Shown here one piece after another: positions 49,963-59,210 of a stretch of 64,000 nucleotides of DNA (positions are counted from its first letter, which is position 1; each line of letters opens with the position of its first letter). The notes below the pieces were generated by a model, which saw only the letters and a program-made list of their open reading frames with translations, was not told where the DNA came from and did not search any database. The position numbers were made by a program, and so were the translations under genes. Location of the stretch: the NCBI GenBank assembly GCA_965205975.1, contig OZ242195.1:4512001-4576000 (forward strand), read 5' to 3'. The DNA is from Candidatus Latescibacterota bacterium. GTDB lineage: Bacteria > Latescibacterota > UBA2968.

Positions 49963-50607
49963 CTATTGGTCGCTCATCATCTCCCGGATGCGATCTTCTG
50001 TGAGCTTATTTTTACCATTTCCAAGTTGCACTAACCGCTCCAGATAACGCGCGATCATATCCACTTCGATATTTACCCGGTCACCCGGATATTTTTCCGA
50101 CAATGTCGTCACTTTTAATGTGTGAGGAATTGCCGTGATCGAAAAGGATCGATCGGTTACTGAAATCACTGTCAGGCTGATTCCGTTGACGGTGACAGAG
50201 CCTTTTTCGGCAATATAAGGAGCCAACTCAGACGGTACTTCAAACTCAAATACAATTTGATCGGGAGATTCCATGCGGTCTGTCACGCGCCCCACGCCAT
50301 CTACGTGTGCGGCAACGAGATGACCGTCGAGGCGGTCGCCGAGTTTTAATGACCGCTCCAGATTGACGCGGTTGCCCACGCGGCAATCACCCAATGTCGT
50401 TTTTTGCAGTGTTTCTGCCACGGACTCGATTACAAATGTGTCGGCATCAAAATATACGACGGTATGACACGCACCTTCGATAGCAATGCTGTCGCCTATT
50501 TTTACGCCGTTGAGCACCTGCTTCGCCGCTATGGTCGTGCGCTGATAACCCGCGCGCGATTCAATATGCCGAATCGTTCCCACTTCTTCTACAATGCCGG
50601 TAAACAT
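49963..50607 (-). CDS. ribE: Riboflavin synthase (alpha chain)
   Basis: [22 protein letters not shown] and [12 protein letters not shown]. Confidence 0.97.
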   Translation of the reverse strand: MFTGIVEEVGTIRHIESRAGYQRTTIAAKQVLNGVKIGDSIAIEGACHTVVYFDADTFVIESVAETLQKTTLGDCRVGNRVNLERSLKLGDRLDGHLVAAHVDGVGRVTDRMESPDQIVFEFEVPSELAPYIAEKGSVTVNGISLTVISVTDRSFSITAIPHTLKVTTLSEKYPGDRVNIEVDMIARYLERLVQLGNGKNKLTEDRIREMMSDQ

Positions 50608-51305
50608 GGTTGCTCAGATTTTTTTGGCGATTTTTTCACGCGAGCAGTGAACAAAAAATCATTGCCGATGGATTCGACTTTTACGTTTTCAAGTTCAATT
50701 GCATCGGTTATTGAAGTGATGTTTAAGGATCCGATTGCGGGTATTCCAGCTCCCAGTATTTTTGGAGCGACATATGCGGCTATCCGATCCACCAGGCTCA
50801 GGCGCAATGCCGATGCAGCCACGCGACTGCCGCCTTCGATCAGGATGTGTTGCAATCCCATTTGAGCGGCTTTTTGCAAGACTGCCTTCAAATCTATTTG
50901 ACCATTCATTACTGGCAACTGCCAAATTTGTGCGCCTTTTTTTTTTCGGTCTTTTATCCGTTTTTTGCACACCTCTTCAGCGGTTGCTATAATCAGAGGT
51001 GCCCCGCTAAAAATTTTGGCGTTTAATCCGATTTTTAGCTGAGAATCCAGAACGATTTTTGTCGGGCTGCATCCATCGACATACCGCACGGACAATTTTG
51101 GGTCATCAGTCATCACTGTGCCGCGTCCGACCAGAATCGCATCGGCCTCTGCGCGAAGTTGATGCCCGCGCACCCGCGATGTTTTTGATGTGATCCATTT
51201 CGAGTCGCCCGTGCAGGTGGCGATATTGCCGTCCAGTGTTTGCGCCAGCTTTAAGGTGACAAAAGGCAATCCGGTTGATCGATATTTGGTTTCGAATTCA
51301 TTCAT
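50589..51305 (-). CDS. ribD: RibD pyrimidine reductase domain only (no deaminase domain)
   Basis: 238 aa; PFVTLKLAQTLDG, SKWITS, DAILVG.GTV..DDP.L and LIEGG. No HAE/PC deaminase motifs. Confidence 0.85.
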   Translation of the reverse strand: MNEFETKYRSTGLPFVTLKLAQTLDGNIATCTGDSKWITSKTSRVRGHQLRAEADAILVGRGTVMTDDPKLSVRYVDGCSPTKIVLDSQLKIGLNAKIFSGAPLIIATAEEVCKKRIKDRKKKGAQIWQLPVMNGQIDLKAVLQKAAQMGLQHILIEGGSRVAASALRLSLVDRIAAYVAPKILGAGIPAIGSLNITSITDAIELENVKVESIGNDFLFTARVKKSPKKSEQPCLPAL

Positions 51306-53326
51306 TATTTCACTTCAAAAACGGTTTTTCCAACCCCCACGTTGCCCAGTGCATCTTCCGCTTTCACTACGAGTGTATAAGAGCCAGTTTTCAGATTTTG
51401 AATGGAAAAATTCAGTGTCTCTGTCGGCGAATCAAATATCTGGTCAGTGGGGAAGACTACCTTCCAATCGTCGGAGTTGAGTGAGTACGCTGCCTTGTGA
51501 ATTGCAGTGGCAGCGTCCTGGATTGAACCGGTTACGCTTATGTTTTTGTCGATCTGCCTTATGTCGTGCAACTGCACAGTTGGTGCCGAATTATCAATGT
51601 CAAAGGGCGCACTGATCGCCTCGGCTGTTAATTCGACGGGATTGTCCAATCGGTCTGATGCTACGACCTTAACTTCGACTGTGCCATCGGGAACAGCTTG
51701 GGTGTGCCAAAAATAATGTGAGGCCTTCAAATCGTCTTTTAACAGCCGCCAGTGCGATTCGCCAATACTTCTAAAATACAGGGTATAAATCAAGGTATCG
51801 TCGTTGGCATCACCGGCAGTCCAATCAATTTTCCACACGCCTTTTTCCATAAATTCTGGATTTTCACCTTCGTTGCCAGACAGGTCGGTCTCGGCTTTAA
51901 CCCTTAATATTCTGGGATGAACATTTTCCTGCAAGCCCGCGAGTTTGATAAAACGCACCAGAGGTGTCGCATTTTCTGATTGTGTCTTCAAAACCAACCG
52001 ATATTGCAAAAAGCGCCCAGGGCGACTGGTAATGGGTTTTCCCGATGTGGTGATTGGCTCTGACCACGCACTCCACGTATCATCGGGTTCTTCGCTGTTG
52101 CCGGACCGCGTTTGAACAGCGACTGATGTTTTTGCTGGTGTTTCGCTTTGCCATGATACGCGCCCCCAATGCGATACCCGATCAAAGTCGTAGGGTTCAG
52201 AAGTGAGTTGCCCTTCTCTCGCAAATTCTTTTTCTATTCGATAAATTTCACCGGATCCACTGCATCCAATCCACAGTGCATTTTTGTGCGCGGCAGCCAT
52301 AACATAGGGATTTACATCTTTTAATACTGTGAGCAAAGTGGCGTTGCCATCGGGCCAAACGCGATGTATGCGGCCGTGTTTTCCCGTGACTACTGTTACT
52401 GTTCCATTGGCATTAATTACAGAATCTAACAACATCGGATCATTCGTATTCCACAGTCGCATTGCCAATCCCGAAGGTTGGATCGCATACAGTGTTGCGC
52501 CGGATTGATCTGATCCTTTTTGCTCTCTCCCATTTCCTTCCGTTCGACCGCTTTGCGCCATCGCTGTTGCGTAAATTGTGCCATTGGGCATTACACTCAG
52601 CGAGTGAATCTCTTTTTCACGGGCGTCGTAAAGCACATCTGCACCACCCTGATCGCGCACCTGATAAATCAGGCCGCTGTTGTCTGTGCCCGCATAAATT
52701 TCGCCCTGAGCACCCAACGCGAGCGATACTACATTGGGGTCCTTGCTCGCGTACAGCGCGACGATTTTGCCCTGTTTGTCAATTTTCAAAATGCGTCCGC
52801 GGTCACCACCTGTACCCGCATATAATCCACCGTCTGGATGTGCGACTATTGCAAATACATGGCGATCACCTGTCTGACAAAATTCCGTGGGTTCTCGTCC
52901 TGGTGCGATGCGATAAATCAGCCCGTCTGGCGATGTGCCCGCATAAAGCGCGCCATCTATACCAATGGCGAGGCTAAATATGTGAACTTCAGGGGAATCA
53001 AATAACAATTCTGCCCGATCGCTGTCGGGCTTGAGCATGTAGATTCGACCTTCTTTGCCGGTTCCGATGTACAGGGTTTTGTTTTTATCTACAAATAGTG
53101 CCCATACAAAGTCTTCACCTGTGTCTGCTACCCGTTTATAGGGTGGTGCCAATGTCACTGTGCCTTCCCGCGTGAGCGACACGCCATCGGGTTCTCCTTT
53201 TAGGAAAGCCGTCTGTGAATCTTCTCGCCAAATTTTGGGCGACACTGCGTTTGCGATTGTTCCAAGGAGGACAAAAAGCAGCACATGTGTCATCCCCGAT
53301 CTCAATATTCTATCTTTTTTCTTCAC
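51305..53326 (-). CDS. Secreted beta-propeller protein with C-terminal beta-sandwich domains
   Basis: Repeats DG.LYAGT..G.IY.I after a signal peptide; C-terminal TRSGN..PD.TWS.WS and RFLQYR. GTG start follows GGAGAGG. Confidence 0.7.
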   Translation of the reverse strand: MKKKDRILRSGMTHVLLFVLLGTIANAVSPKIWREDSQTAFLKGEPDGVSLTREGTVTLAPPYKRVADTGEDFVWALFVDKNKTLYIGTGKEGRIYMLKPDSDRAELLFDSPEVHIFSLAIGIDGALYAGTSPDGLIYRIAPGREPTEFCQTGDRHVFAIVAHPDGGLYAGTGGDRGRILKIDKQGKIVALYASKDPNVVSLALGAQGEIYAGTDNSGLIYQVRDQGGADVLYDAREKEIHSLSVMPNGTIYATAMAQSGRTEGNGREQKGSDQSGATLYAIQPSGLAMRLWNTNDPMLLDSVINANGTVTVVTGKHGRIHRVWPDGNATLLTVLKDVNPYVMAAAHKNALWIGCSGSGEIYRIEKEFAREGQLTSEPYDFDRVSHWGRVSWQSETPAKTSVAVQTRSGNSEEPDDTWSAWSEPITTSGKPITSRPGRFLQYRLVLKTQSENATPLVRFIKLAGLQENVHPRILRVKAETDLSGNEGENPEFMEKGVWKIDWTAGDANDDTLIYTLYFRSIGESHWRLLKDDLKASHYFWHTQAVPDGTVEVKVVASDRLDNPVELTAEAISAPFDIDNSAPTVQLHDIRQIDKNISVTGSIQDAATAIHKAAYSLNSDDWKVVFPTDQIFDSPTETLNFSIQNLKTGSYTLVVKAEDALGNVGVGKTVFEVK

Positions 53327-55082
53327 CCGAACCTCTCCTGCCTGAAAAAGTTGCACTACCGTCTTTGCCCACGACCAGAAGCGCCGTTTGACTGCCGGTC
53401 AATACATAGTTAGTCCGTACGTGTTTTTGGCTATATACCGACTGCTGTGATTTTTGCACGACATCTGATCCACGCGCCAGCGATAGTGCTGACAGAACCG
53501 ACGTGGGCAATCCAGAAATTTCGCGTCCGCCCATTGTCACGCCGGGACGGGAAGCTACAAATCGCGCAACGAGTACATCATTGCGTCCCGATTTCTGGAT
53601 CAGACCAATCAGTTCTTCCAGTGTTTTGGGTTGATAAGCGGTGCGCTTTATATCTTGTAATCGCTGTTGTTGCTCATTCACAACCTGCAATATCAAACGC
53701 CCTGGTGTTATAAACTCGGGGATTGGCAGGGCGACATCTACGATTTCTCGCTTGCCCAGCAATGGAGATAGGGCAACAGAGACATGTACTGTATCGCCCG
53801 GTTCGTATTTCAAACGGTCCAATCGCAGCCCCTCAACACGGGCACTTTGGGTGCGTTCCTCAACGGATAATTGAAATACAGCCGAGTCGATATTGGCTTC
53901 GACAAAAGGATTCTGAATCACTTGTGCAAGGGGTTGTGTCAAGCCCAGCACCGCCAGTCCAAGCCCCTGAGCACCTGCGTATTTATTTTTTAGAATCACG
54001 GGTTCACGTTTGGGCATGTGCAATGTCAATTGCCCTGCGACAGTGGTTTCACCCGTCAATTTTTCAGCGGAGATAACGGAGGTTGCTACAGCCATCCGCA
54101 CCAGCAACGGGCCCAATTCTCTGTGGCGAAATACCTCCATATTAAACGAAGCGTCGTGATTGGGAGATACGACAGAGATACGTACAGGCATCATTTCTGC
54201 TTCAGATCCTATCAAGCCAGCAATACCCGGTGCGCGGTCTTGCAAGATCACACCGATATGTTGCGATGCAGTGCCCACCTTAAACGAAAGCATCTGGCTG
54301 GAGATTACTTCGTGAATAAATGCTGCGGTCATAGACATCGCCGTGCGACCACCAAATAACAGGGGATGACCAAACCCCACGACTTTATTACCCACGCGAT
54401 GTGTCAGCGTGCCAATACCCGTGACACTGAGATCGCCCCGAACCAATTGCACGCCCAGAGGTGCGCCCGGTTCAAATGGACCGATAGATAGAGATGGGTC
54501 TGTTCCGCCGCCGCCCTGCATGGGCAACAGGCCGTATTTTGACAGTTCTTCGCGAAATTCCGCGACTACTTGCGGGGCAAATCCCGAAAGCATCAAAGGT
54601 ACAGCCACGGGTTTTAGTACACCGCCGTGTACACCAGCTATTTGTCCATCCCAGGGCGCGGATCCAAATGTCGCGCTCGATGTGGTATCCCGCGATGCGC
54701 GTTGGAGTACCGTCATCATCTCGCCAATTGGCGTGATCCCCGCGATTGGCTCTTCTGCGAATGCACCAATACTATAGCCGACTGCGCCGACGAGTTTGCC
54801 TTCGATATATACCGGGCTGCCACTCATGCCGGCGATGACGCCGGTTTGCGCCATGGGACCGCCGGACAGACGAGCGAGAATCATATCGCTTTTTGGACCA
54901 AAAACATTGCGCAAGACACCTAATACTTCAACGCCAAATGTATCGATGCGGGTGCCTTGAAATACCGTGCGCCCCACGCCTTTCATGCCGCGCTGGATAT
55001 CATCTACAGGCATGTACAATTCAGCACTGGTCGATCCATATAGCATGCAGATCGTAAAAAATGTCAAAAATCGAGAAAGCAT
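53310..55082 (-). CDS. SpoIVB peptidase S55 domain protein
   Basis: 590 aa; signal peptide, GMKG.G.TVF.G, GVIAGMSGSPVY..GKLVGA and GFGHP. Confidence 0.85.
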   Translation of the reverse strand: MLSRFLTFFTICMLYGSTSAELYMPVDDIQRGMKGVGRTVFQGTRIDTFGVEVLGVLRNVFGPKSDMILARLSGGPMAQTGVIAGMSGSPVYIEGKLVGAVGYSIGAFAEEPIAGITPIGEMMTVLQRASRDTTSSATFGSAPWDGQIAGVHGGVLKPVAVPLMLSGFAPQVVAEFREELSKYGLLPMQGGGGTDPSLSIGPFEPGAPLGVQLVRGDLSVTGIGTLTHRVGNKVVGFGHPLLFGGRTAMSMTAAFIHEVISSQMLSFKVGTASQHIGVILQDRAPGIAGLIGSEAEMMPVRISVVSPNHDASFNMEVFRHRELGPLLVRMAVATSVISAEKLTGETTVAGQLTLHMPKREPVILKNKYAGAQGLGLAVLGLTQPLAQVIQNPFVEANIDSAVFQLSVEERTQSARVEGLRLDRLKYEPGDTVHVSVALSPLLGKREIVDVALPIPEFITPGRLILQVVNEQQQRLQDIKRTAYQPKTLEELIGLIQKSGRNDVLVARFVASRPGVTMGGREISGLPTSVLSALSLARGSDVVQKSQQSVYSQKHVRTNYVLTGSQTALLVVGKDGSATFSGRRGSGEEKR

Positions 55083-55166
55083 GTGTTCACTTCCGCGTAG
55101 AAGGGAGTGAGAGAAAATTTTTGCATTCTGATATTATACCGTTTTTTGGGGCAGTGAACAAGTTTC

Positions 55167-55195
55167 TTGTAAAACATATCTAATCTGTGTATAAT
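55167..55195 (+). promoter_or_regulatory. Sigma70-type promoter of rlmH
   Basis: TTGTAA-N17-TATAAT, with ATG 7 nt downstream of the -10 box. Confidence 0.6.
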
Positions 55196-55202
55196 GGCAA
55201 AT

Positions 55203-55673
55203 ATGCAGATCACTTTGCTCACTGTGGGTAAGTTCAAAGACGCCTGTTATCGAGACGCCGCACAAAATTATATCAAGCGGCTGCAACACTACGTCGCTTA
55301 TGATGAGATTGAAGTGCGCGAAGAGCGCGCGGGCAAAAATGTCCGTGTGTCTGATATTATTGAGAAAGAAGGCCATCGCCTTTTAAGTGCGCTGCATCCA
55401 GATGCCACTGTGGTTGCTCTTGGGCCTTCTGGCAAATTGTGTCGTTCTGAAGCCCTGGCCAAACGCTTGAACCTTATGCGTGTACAAAGAAAAAACCGCC
55501 TCGTTTTTCTCATTGGCGGCCCTTTTGGGCTTGCATCTCGGGTTTTGTCGCGTGCAGATTGGCATCTGTCACTTTCACCTATGACTTTCCCACACGAATT
55601 GGCGCGCGTGATTTTGCTGGAGCAACTCTATCGCGCTTTCACGATTATCAGAGGTGAAAATTACCACAAGTGA
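55203..55673 (+). CDS. rlmH: 23S rRNA (pseudouridine1915-N3)-methyltransferase
   Basis: ITLLTVGK, IGGPFGL and SLS.MTFPHELARVILLEQLYRAFTI..G..YHK. Confidence 0.97.
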   Translation: MQITLLTVGKFKDACYRDAAQNYIKRLQHYVAYDEIEVREERAGKNVRVSDIIEKEGHRLLSALHPDATVVALGPSGKLCRSEALAKRLNLMRVQRKNRLVFLIGGPFGLASRVLSRADWHLSLSPMTFPHELARVILLEQLYRAFTIIRGENYHK

Positions 55674-55679
55674 AAAAGC

Positions 55680-55773
55680 GCGAATAGACGAATAGACGAA
55701 CCCCGCCCGACCTCCCAGAGTTATTACAAACTCCGTCGTTGATTCGTAGATTCGCTGATTCGTAGATTCGCTA
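55680..55773 (+). repeat. Dispersed octamer-repeat element, copy C
   Basis: (CGAATAGA)x2 - cgaaccccgcccgacctcccagagttattacaaactccgtcg - (GATTCGTA/GATTCGCT)x4, directly after the rlmH stop. Confidence 0.8.
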
Positions 55774-55778
55774 AACAG

Positions 55779-55864
55779 CCCGGGGGCAAACGACTCACAC
55801 AGCCTGGGAGAGATGATTCTGCGGGAATCCGGCTACGTTGAGTCAACTCGCCCCCGGGTTTTTT
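55779..55864. other. Long nested stem-loop (terminator-like; possible structured RNA)
   Basis: CCCGGGGGC...GCCCCCGGG outer stem with inner GACTCA/TGAGTC, AGCC/GGCT and GATTC/GAATC pairs, followed by T6 on the plus strand. Confidence 0.55.
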
Positions 55865-56132
55865 AACATGTCAAAACCAAACAAGAGATAAGTCAGTAAT
55901 GGCGAGTTCGCTAATTCAAATGTATAGTAGAGAGAATAGGAACGGGGGAGTTCGACAATTCAGCACTTAGATGACCGAGAAATCCGATGGGGAATCGGTG
56001 TCACCTCTTCGACTCGAGGGGGATTGACGAGTCTTTACCACAAGAACGCGCTTAAGATAAGCCATTGTTTTTATTAAGTCAAGATTACTTTTTTTTATGT
56101 TTGATATGCGCCAGATATTGTGTATCACATCA

Positions 56133-57434
56133 TTATTTACCACAGCCCAATGTGGTTCTATTTCGAAATAATCGCGTGTACGCGGTCGGTTCTTCAAAAA
56201 TCCCTCCGCTTTGATCGTAGTAGTTTTCCTCCAGTACAAATGCACCTCCTCGGGGTCGCAACCACGATGCATTGGGTATGGGATATTCTGAGAGCATGCG
56301 ATTCCAGGTTCCGTAATTTTCCGGACCATTGGATTCCATTAATCCCCCTTTTACTCCCGGAAATGCGGGCAATCGCGTAGCTACGTTTTTGTTCCATTCC
56401 ACCAACACGGGCACACACGCATTATCCGCTACAAAACACGGCACATTAGACAGTGTTGCCGCTTCGATCATGCGAAAAGCCAATGACAGGGTTTTACCCG
56501 CGGGTTTGATCGCCATAGCACCGTATCCCTGCTCCAATCGGGTGTGTACATCAGCAACGGTTTCGATGCTTTCATCCCCTGCAAAACGCGCAGGTAAGCC
56601 GTGTACATCGATATCTGCCGGATGCAAAAAAGGTTCTTCAATCAGGACAATGCGACCCAGAATACCTTCATTGTCCGCATGATCTAATAAGCGCGCCATG
56701 CTGTCTTTTCTGCCATACCGACCATTGGCATCGAGATAATAGAGCACATGGCCCGAATCGGTCATTTCCGTTTCGTATTGAGATGCCAGACTGTGGACCC
56801 GAGATAGGCAGGCCATGTCTTTTTTTACCATTTCAGTTTCATCTCCCGGATGCCCAATTTTGATTTTTAGTATGTACGCCCCGCTATCTAAAATTGCCCG
56901 CAATTCATCTATGGGCAGGGTATAACTCACTGCGGGGACAAGCGCGACATGCGATTGGCGATGAGATAAAAATGAGCGAAATTTTTCCGGAATTAAGGCG
57001 TCGAAGGTCGCCAATTCCTTCTGCTTTGCATACAAGGTCCAGGCGGCGTTGTCCAGTGCTACCAGTGCAATTAGCGCAAATGTTCGGCGCAAATCCCCAT
57101 GGTCTGTAATGGCTTTGGCATAAGAAAAGACATCGTTTTCAACGGTGTCAAATAATGCCATCGGGTCGGCAAATTCTTTTCCCTTGATCTGTTGTAGTGC
57201 AAATTCCAGAAGAGATGCCTGAAGCAAATTGCCGCCCATTTCTGTATGTGCAGCAAATACGGCAGCGTCTGACCACAGTACGGCCAAACCACCTATACCA
57301 AAAGCTTCATGTCCGTCGGCATCTTTTAAACGCACGATGAGATTCCACTTTTCGTGAAAAGCCGATCCCTTAAACGCAAATGGCCGCGCAAATGGTTCGC
57401 GCTGAATTTCTAAATCTGTCTCGACAATGTGCAT
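56133..57434 (-). CDS. Enolase-superfamily (mandelate racemase / L-Ala-D/L-Glu epimerase-like) protein
   Basis: LKIKIG, YLDANG, IEEP, GDES and AIKP metal/catalytic motifs. Start MHIVE at 57434. Confidence 0.8.
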   Translation of the reverse strand: MHIVETDLEIQREPFARPFAFKGSAFHEKWNLIVRLKDADGHEAFGIGGLAVLWSDAAVFAAHTEMGGNLLQASLLEFALQQIKGKEFADPMALFDTVENDVFSYAKAITDHGDLRRTFALIALVALDNAAWTLYAKQKELATFDALIPEKFRSFLSHRQSHVALVPAVSYTLPIDELRAILDSGAYILKIKIGHPGDETEMVKKDMACLSRVHSLASQYETEMTDSGHVLYYLDANGRYGRKDSMARLLDHADNEGILGRIVLIEEPFLHPADIDVHGLPARFAGDESIETVADVHTRLEQGYGAMAIKPAGKTLSLAFRMIEAATLSNVPCFVADNACVPVLVEWNKNVATRLPAFPGVKGGLMESNGPENYGTWNRMLSEYPIPNASWLRPRGGAFVLEENYYDQSGGIFEEPTAYTRLFRNRTTLGCGK

Positions 57435-57452
57435 TTGTTTGTATCCTTTGAT

Positions 57453-57481
57453 AGGGGGACGGCATAGGGGCCGTCCCCTAC
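57453..57481 (-). repeat. GTAG-type REP-like palindrome
   Basis: Minus strand GTAGGGGACGGC-CCCTAT-GCCGTCCCC. Related to 24851 and a partial copy at 43343. Confidence 0.6.
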
Positions 57482-57502
57482 ATGGCATTTTGGATAATAT
57501 AC

Positions 57503-58138
57503 ATGCCCAACGCGATTTGCAAGCCCTACATCGTTGGTGTTGCCGGGGGCACTGGTGCGGGTAAGACCACACTTGCCCACATACTTTTAGAGCACCTCGG
57601 TGAAGATCGTGCTATACAGATTTCCCTCGATGCGTATTATCGCGATTTTGCCCATGTCCCGGCGGACCAGCGCGCGCAAATTAATTTTGATCATCCCGAT
57701 GCACTCGAAACAGATTTGCTGGTGCAACATCTTCAGGTGCTATCCCGCGGAAGGACTGTATTGATACCAACTTATGATTTTACTACCCATTCCCGTTCTT
57801 ATAGAACTCTTGAGTTGTGCCCTCGCCCCATTATTATTGTGGAAGGTATTCTCGTATTGGTCGAACAAATACTGCGCGATGCTCTGAATTTGAAAATTTT
57901 TGTGGATACACCGCCAGATATTCGCTTGATTCGTCGCATCAACCGCGATGTTGAGGAACGCGGGCGCACTCCCGAATCCGTTACCCTTCAATATCTCGAA
58001 ACTGTGCGTCCCATGCACGATGCGTATGTCGAATCATCCCGAAAATACGCGGACCTCATTGTTTGTGGAGATCGCGATTTTACCATTGCCGCGGATTTGA
58101 TTTTGGGACATCTATATACCATTCTTGATAAAAAATAA
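57503..58138 (+). CDS. udk: Uridine kinase
   Basis: GVAGGTGAGKTT, D.YY, NFDHPDA, IIVEGIL, RRI.RD..ERGR and VRPMH. Confidence 0.95.
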   Translation: MPNAICKPYIVGVAGGTGAGKTTLAHILLEHLGEDRAIQISLDAYYRDFAHVPADQRAQINFDHPDALETDLLVQHLQVLSRGRTVLIPTYDFTTHSRSYRTLELCPRPIIIVEGILVLVEQILRDALNLKIFVDTPPDIRLIRRINRDVEERGRTPESVTLQYLETVRPMHDAYVESSRKYADLIVCGDRDFTIAADLILGHLYTILDKK

Positions 58139-58163
58139 AGGGGAGATCTTTTGAGATCTCCCC
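58131..58163. terminator. Terminator hairpin between convergent udk and porin genes
   Basis: GGGGAGATCT-TTTG-AGATCTCCCC with a T-rich tail on the minus strand. Confidence 0.7.
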
Positions 58164-58236
58164 CACCTCGCCTGGTCGCATCTGATTAACCACGCCACGA
58201 AGCAAACCAGAAATGCTGACCCGGATCGAGAATAAT

Positions 58237-58980
58237 TTACTGCCCAAAGCCGATGCTTACGCCTCCCCAAATAGTGCGGTTGTCGGGATTGATTTTTGTA
58301 TCGGCATAAGAAAATCCAAGGGTGGGCGCGATCGAAATTGCGCAAGCATTACAACTGAGAGAAGCTGTAACCGTGACATCGTTAAAACCCGTTTTATTCT
58401 CACCCGTTTCATCTGCGTAATTGCTCATGGCAACACTCGCGCCGATACTCAGTACTTGCCCCTCTTCTGAGCCGAGCGGAATGTCATAGCCACCCGACAA
58501 AGACACGTACCATGCCTCAACCAGACCAAAGTCGTAATAAAATGTCACTGCCGGTGATATGGCGTTATCCAGAGAAAGCCCAATATAAGCTTCTTGTGAG
58601 AGATTTGAGTCTTCATCTGCACTGGGAAATACATATTGAATATAACCGATGGAAATACCCAGGCCCATGTCTTCGCTCAAGGATCTCGAATAGTCGGCAT
58701 AAAAGTCAAGTTCATCGACATTTTGGGTTTGTGTATCGGGATTTCTGTCATCAATGCGGTCCTGCACAAACCACGATCCCCACGCGCCTATAGACAAACC
58801 CGTTTCACCGAATCCCACCTCAATACCCGGCTGGGCCACAATTTTGTCATCGGCTCCGAGCACATAACCACGCCAAATATATCCCGTATAACTATCCAGA
58901 GTAATACCGACCGACATCTGAGCGTTTGCGGGTGCGATTAGAAAAATTCCCACAAGTAAAATGCCACATAATTTTTTCAT
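58237..58980 (-). CDS. Putative outer-membrane porin (TorF/gcw_chp-like)
   Basis: 247 aa; signal peptide, Y.WRG, QPG, GAWGS, ELDFY..Y and terminal beta-strand. Confidence 0.7.
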   Translation of the reverse strand: MKKLCGILLVGIFLIAPANAQMSVGITLDSYTGYIWRGYVLGADDKIVAQPGIEVGFGETGLSIGAWGSWFVQDRIDDRNPDTQTQNVDELDFYADYSRSLSEDMGLGISIGYIQYVFPSADEDSNLSQEAYIGLSLDNAISPAVTFYYDFGLVEAWYVSLSGGYDIPLGSEEGQVLSIGASVAMSNYADETGENKTGFNDVTVTASLSCNACAISIAPTLGFSYADTKINPDNRTIWGGVSIGFGQ

Positions 58981-59210
58981 AATTCCCTCCTGATGGGTTT
59001 ATACACAGTGATGCTATGACCTGTATGCAAAATTTTGTGGCGTACACACAGACCATATTTTGAATTTTGACACGTTTAGTTTTCCATTTTCTCCTTTCTA
59101 TAATATATGAGAGTGATGTTTCATTGGGATTTCTTAAACATAAAAAAAAATGAAATAAAAACCGAAAATACGTCCAATGTTTCAAATGTGTAAACGGCAC
59201 ACTTGTTTTG

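Noticed and set aside
51290..51420. FMN riboswitch ahead of the rib genes
   Set aside because: There is no intergenic space; ribD overlaps the upstream stop codon.
55779..55864. Stem-loop as tRNA, tmRNA or SRP RNA
   Set aside because: It has no T-loop GTTCRA, no CCA end and no SRP GGAA-loop motif.
57435..57572. Cys-rich N-terminal extension of the enolase-family ORF
   Set aside because: It is a translation of the REP palindrome and udk antisense.
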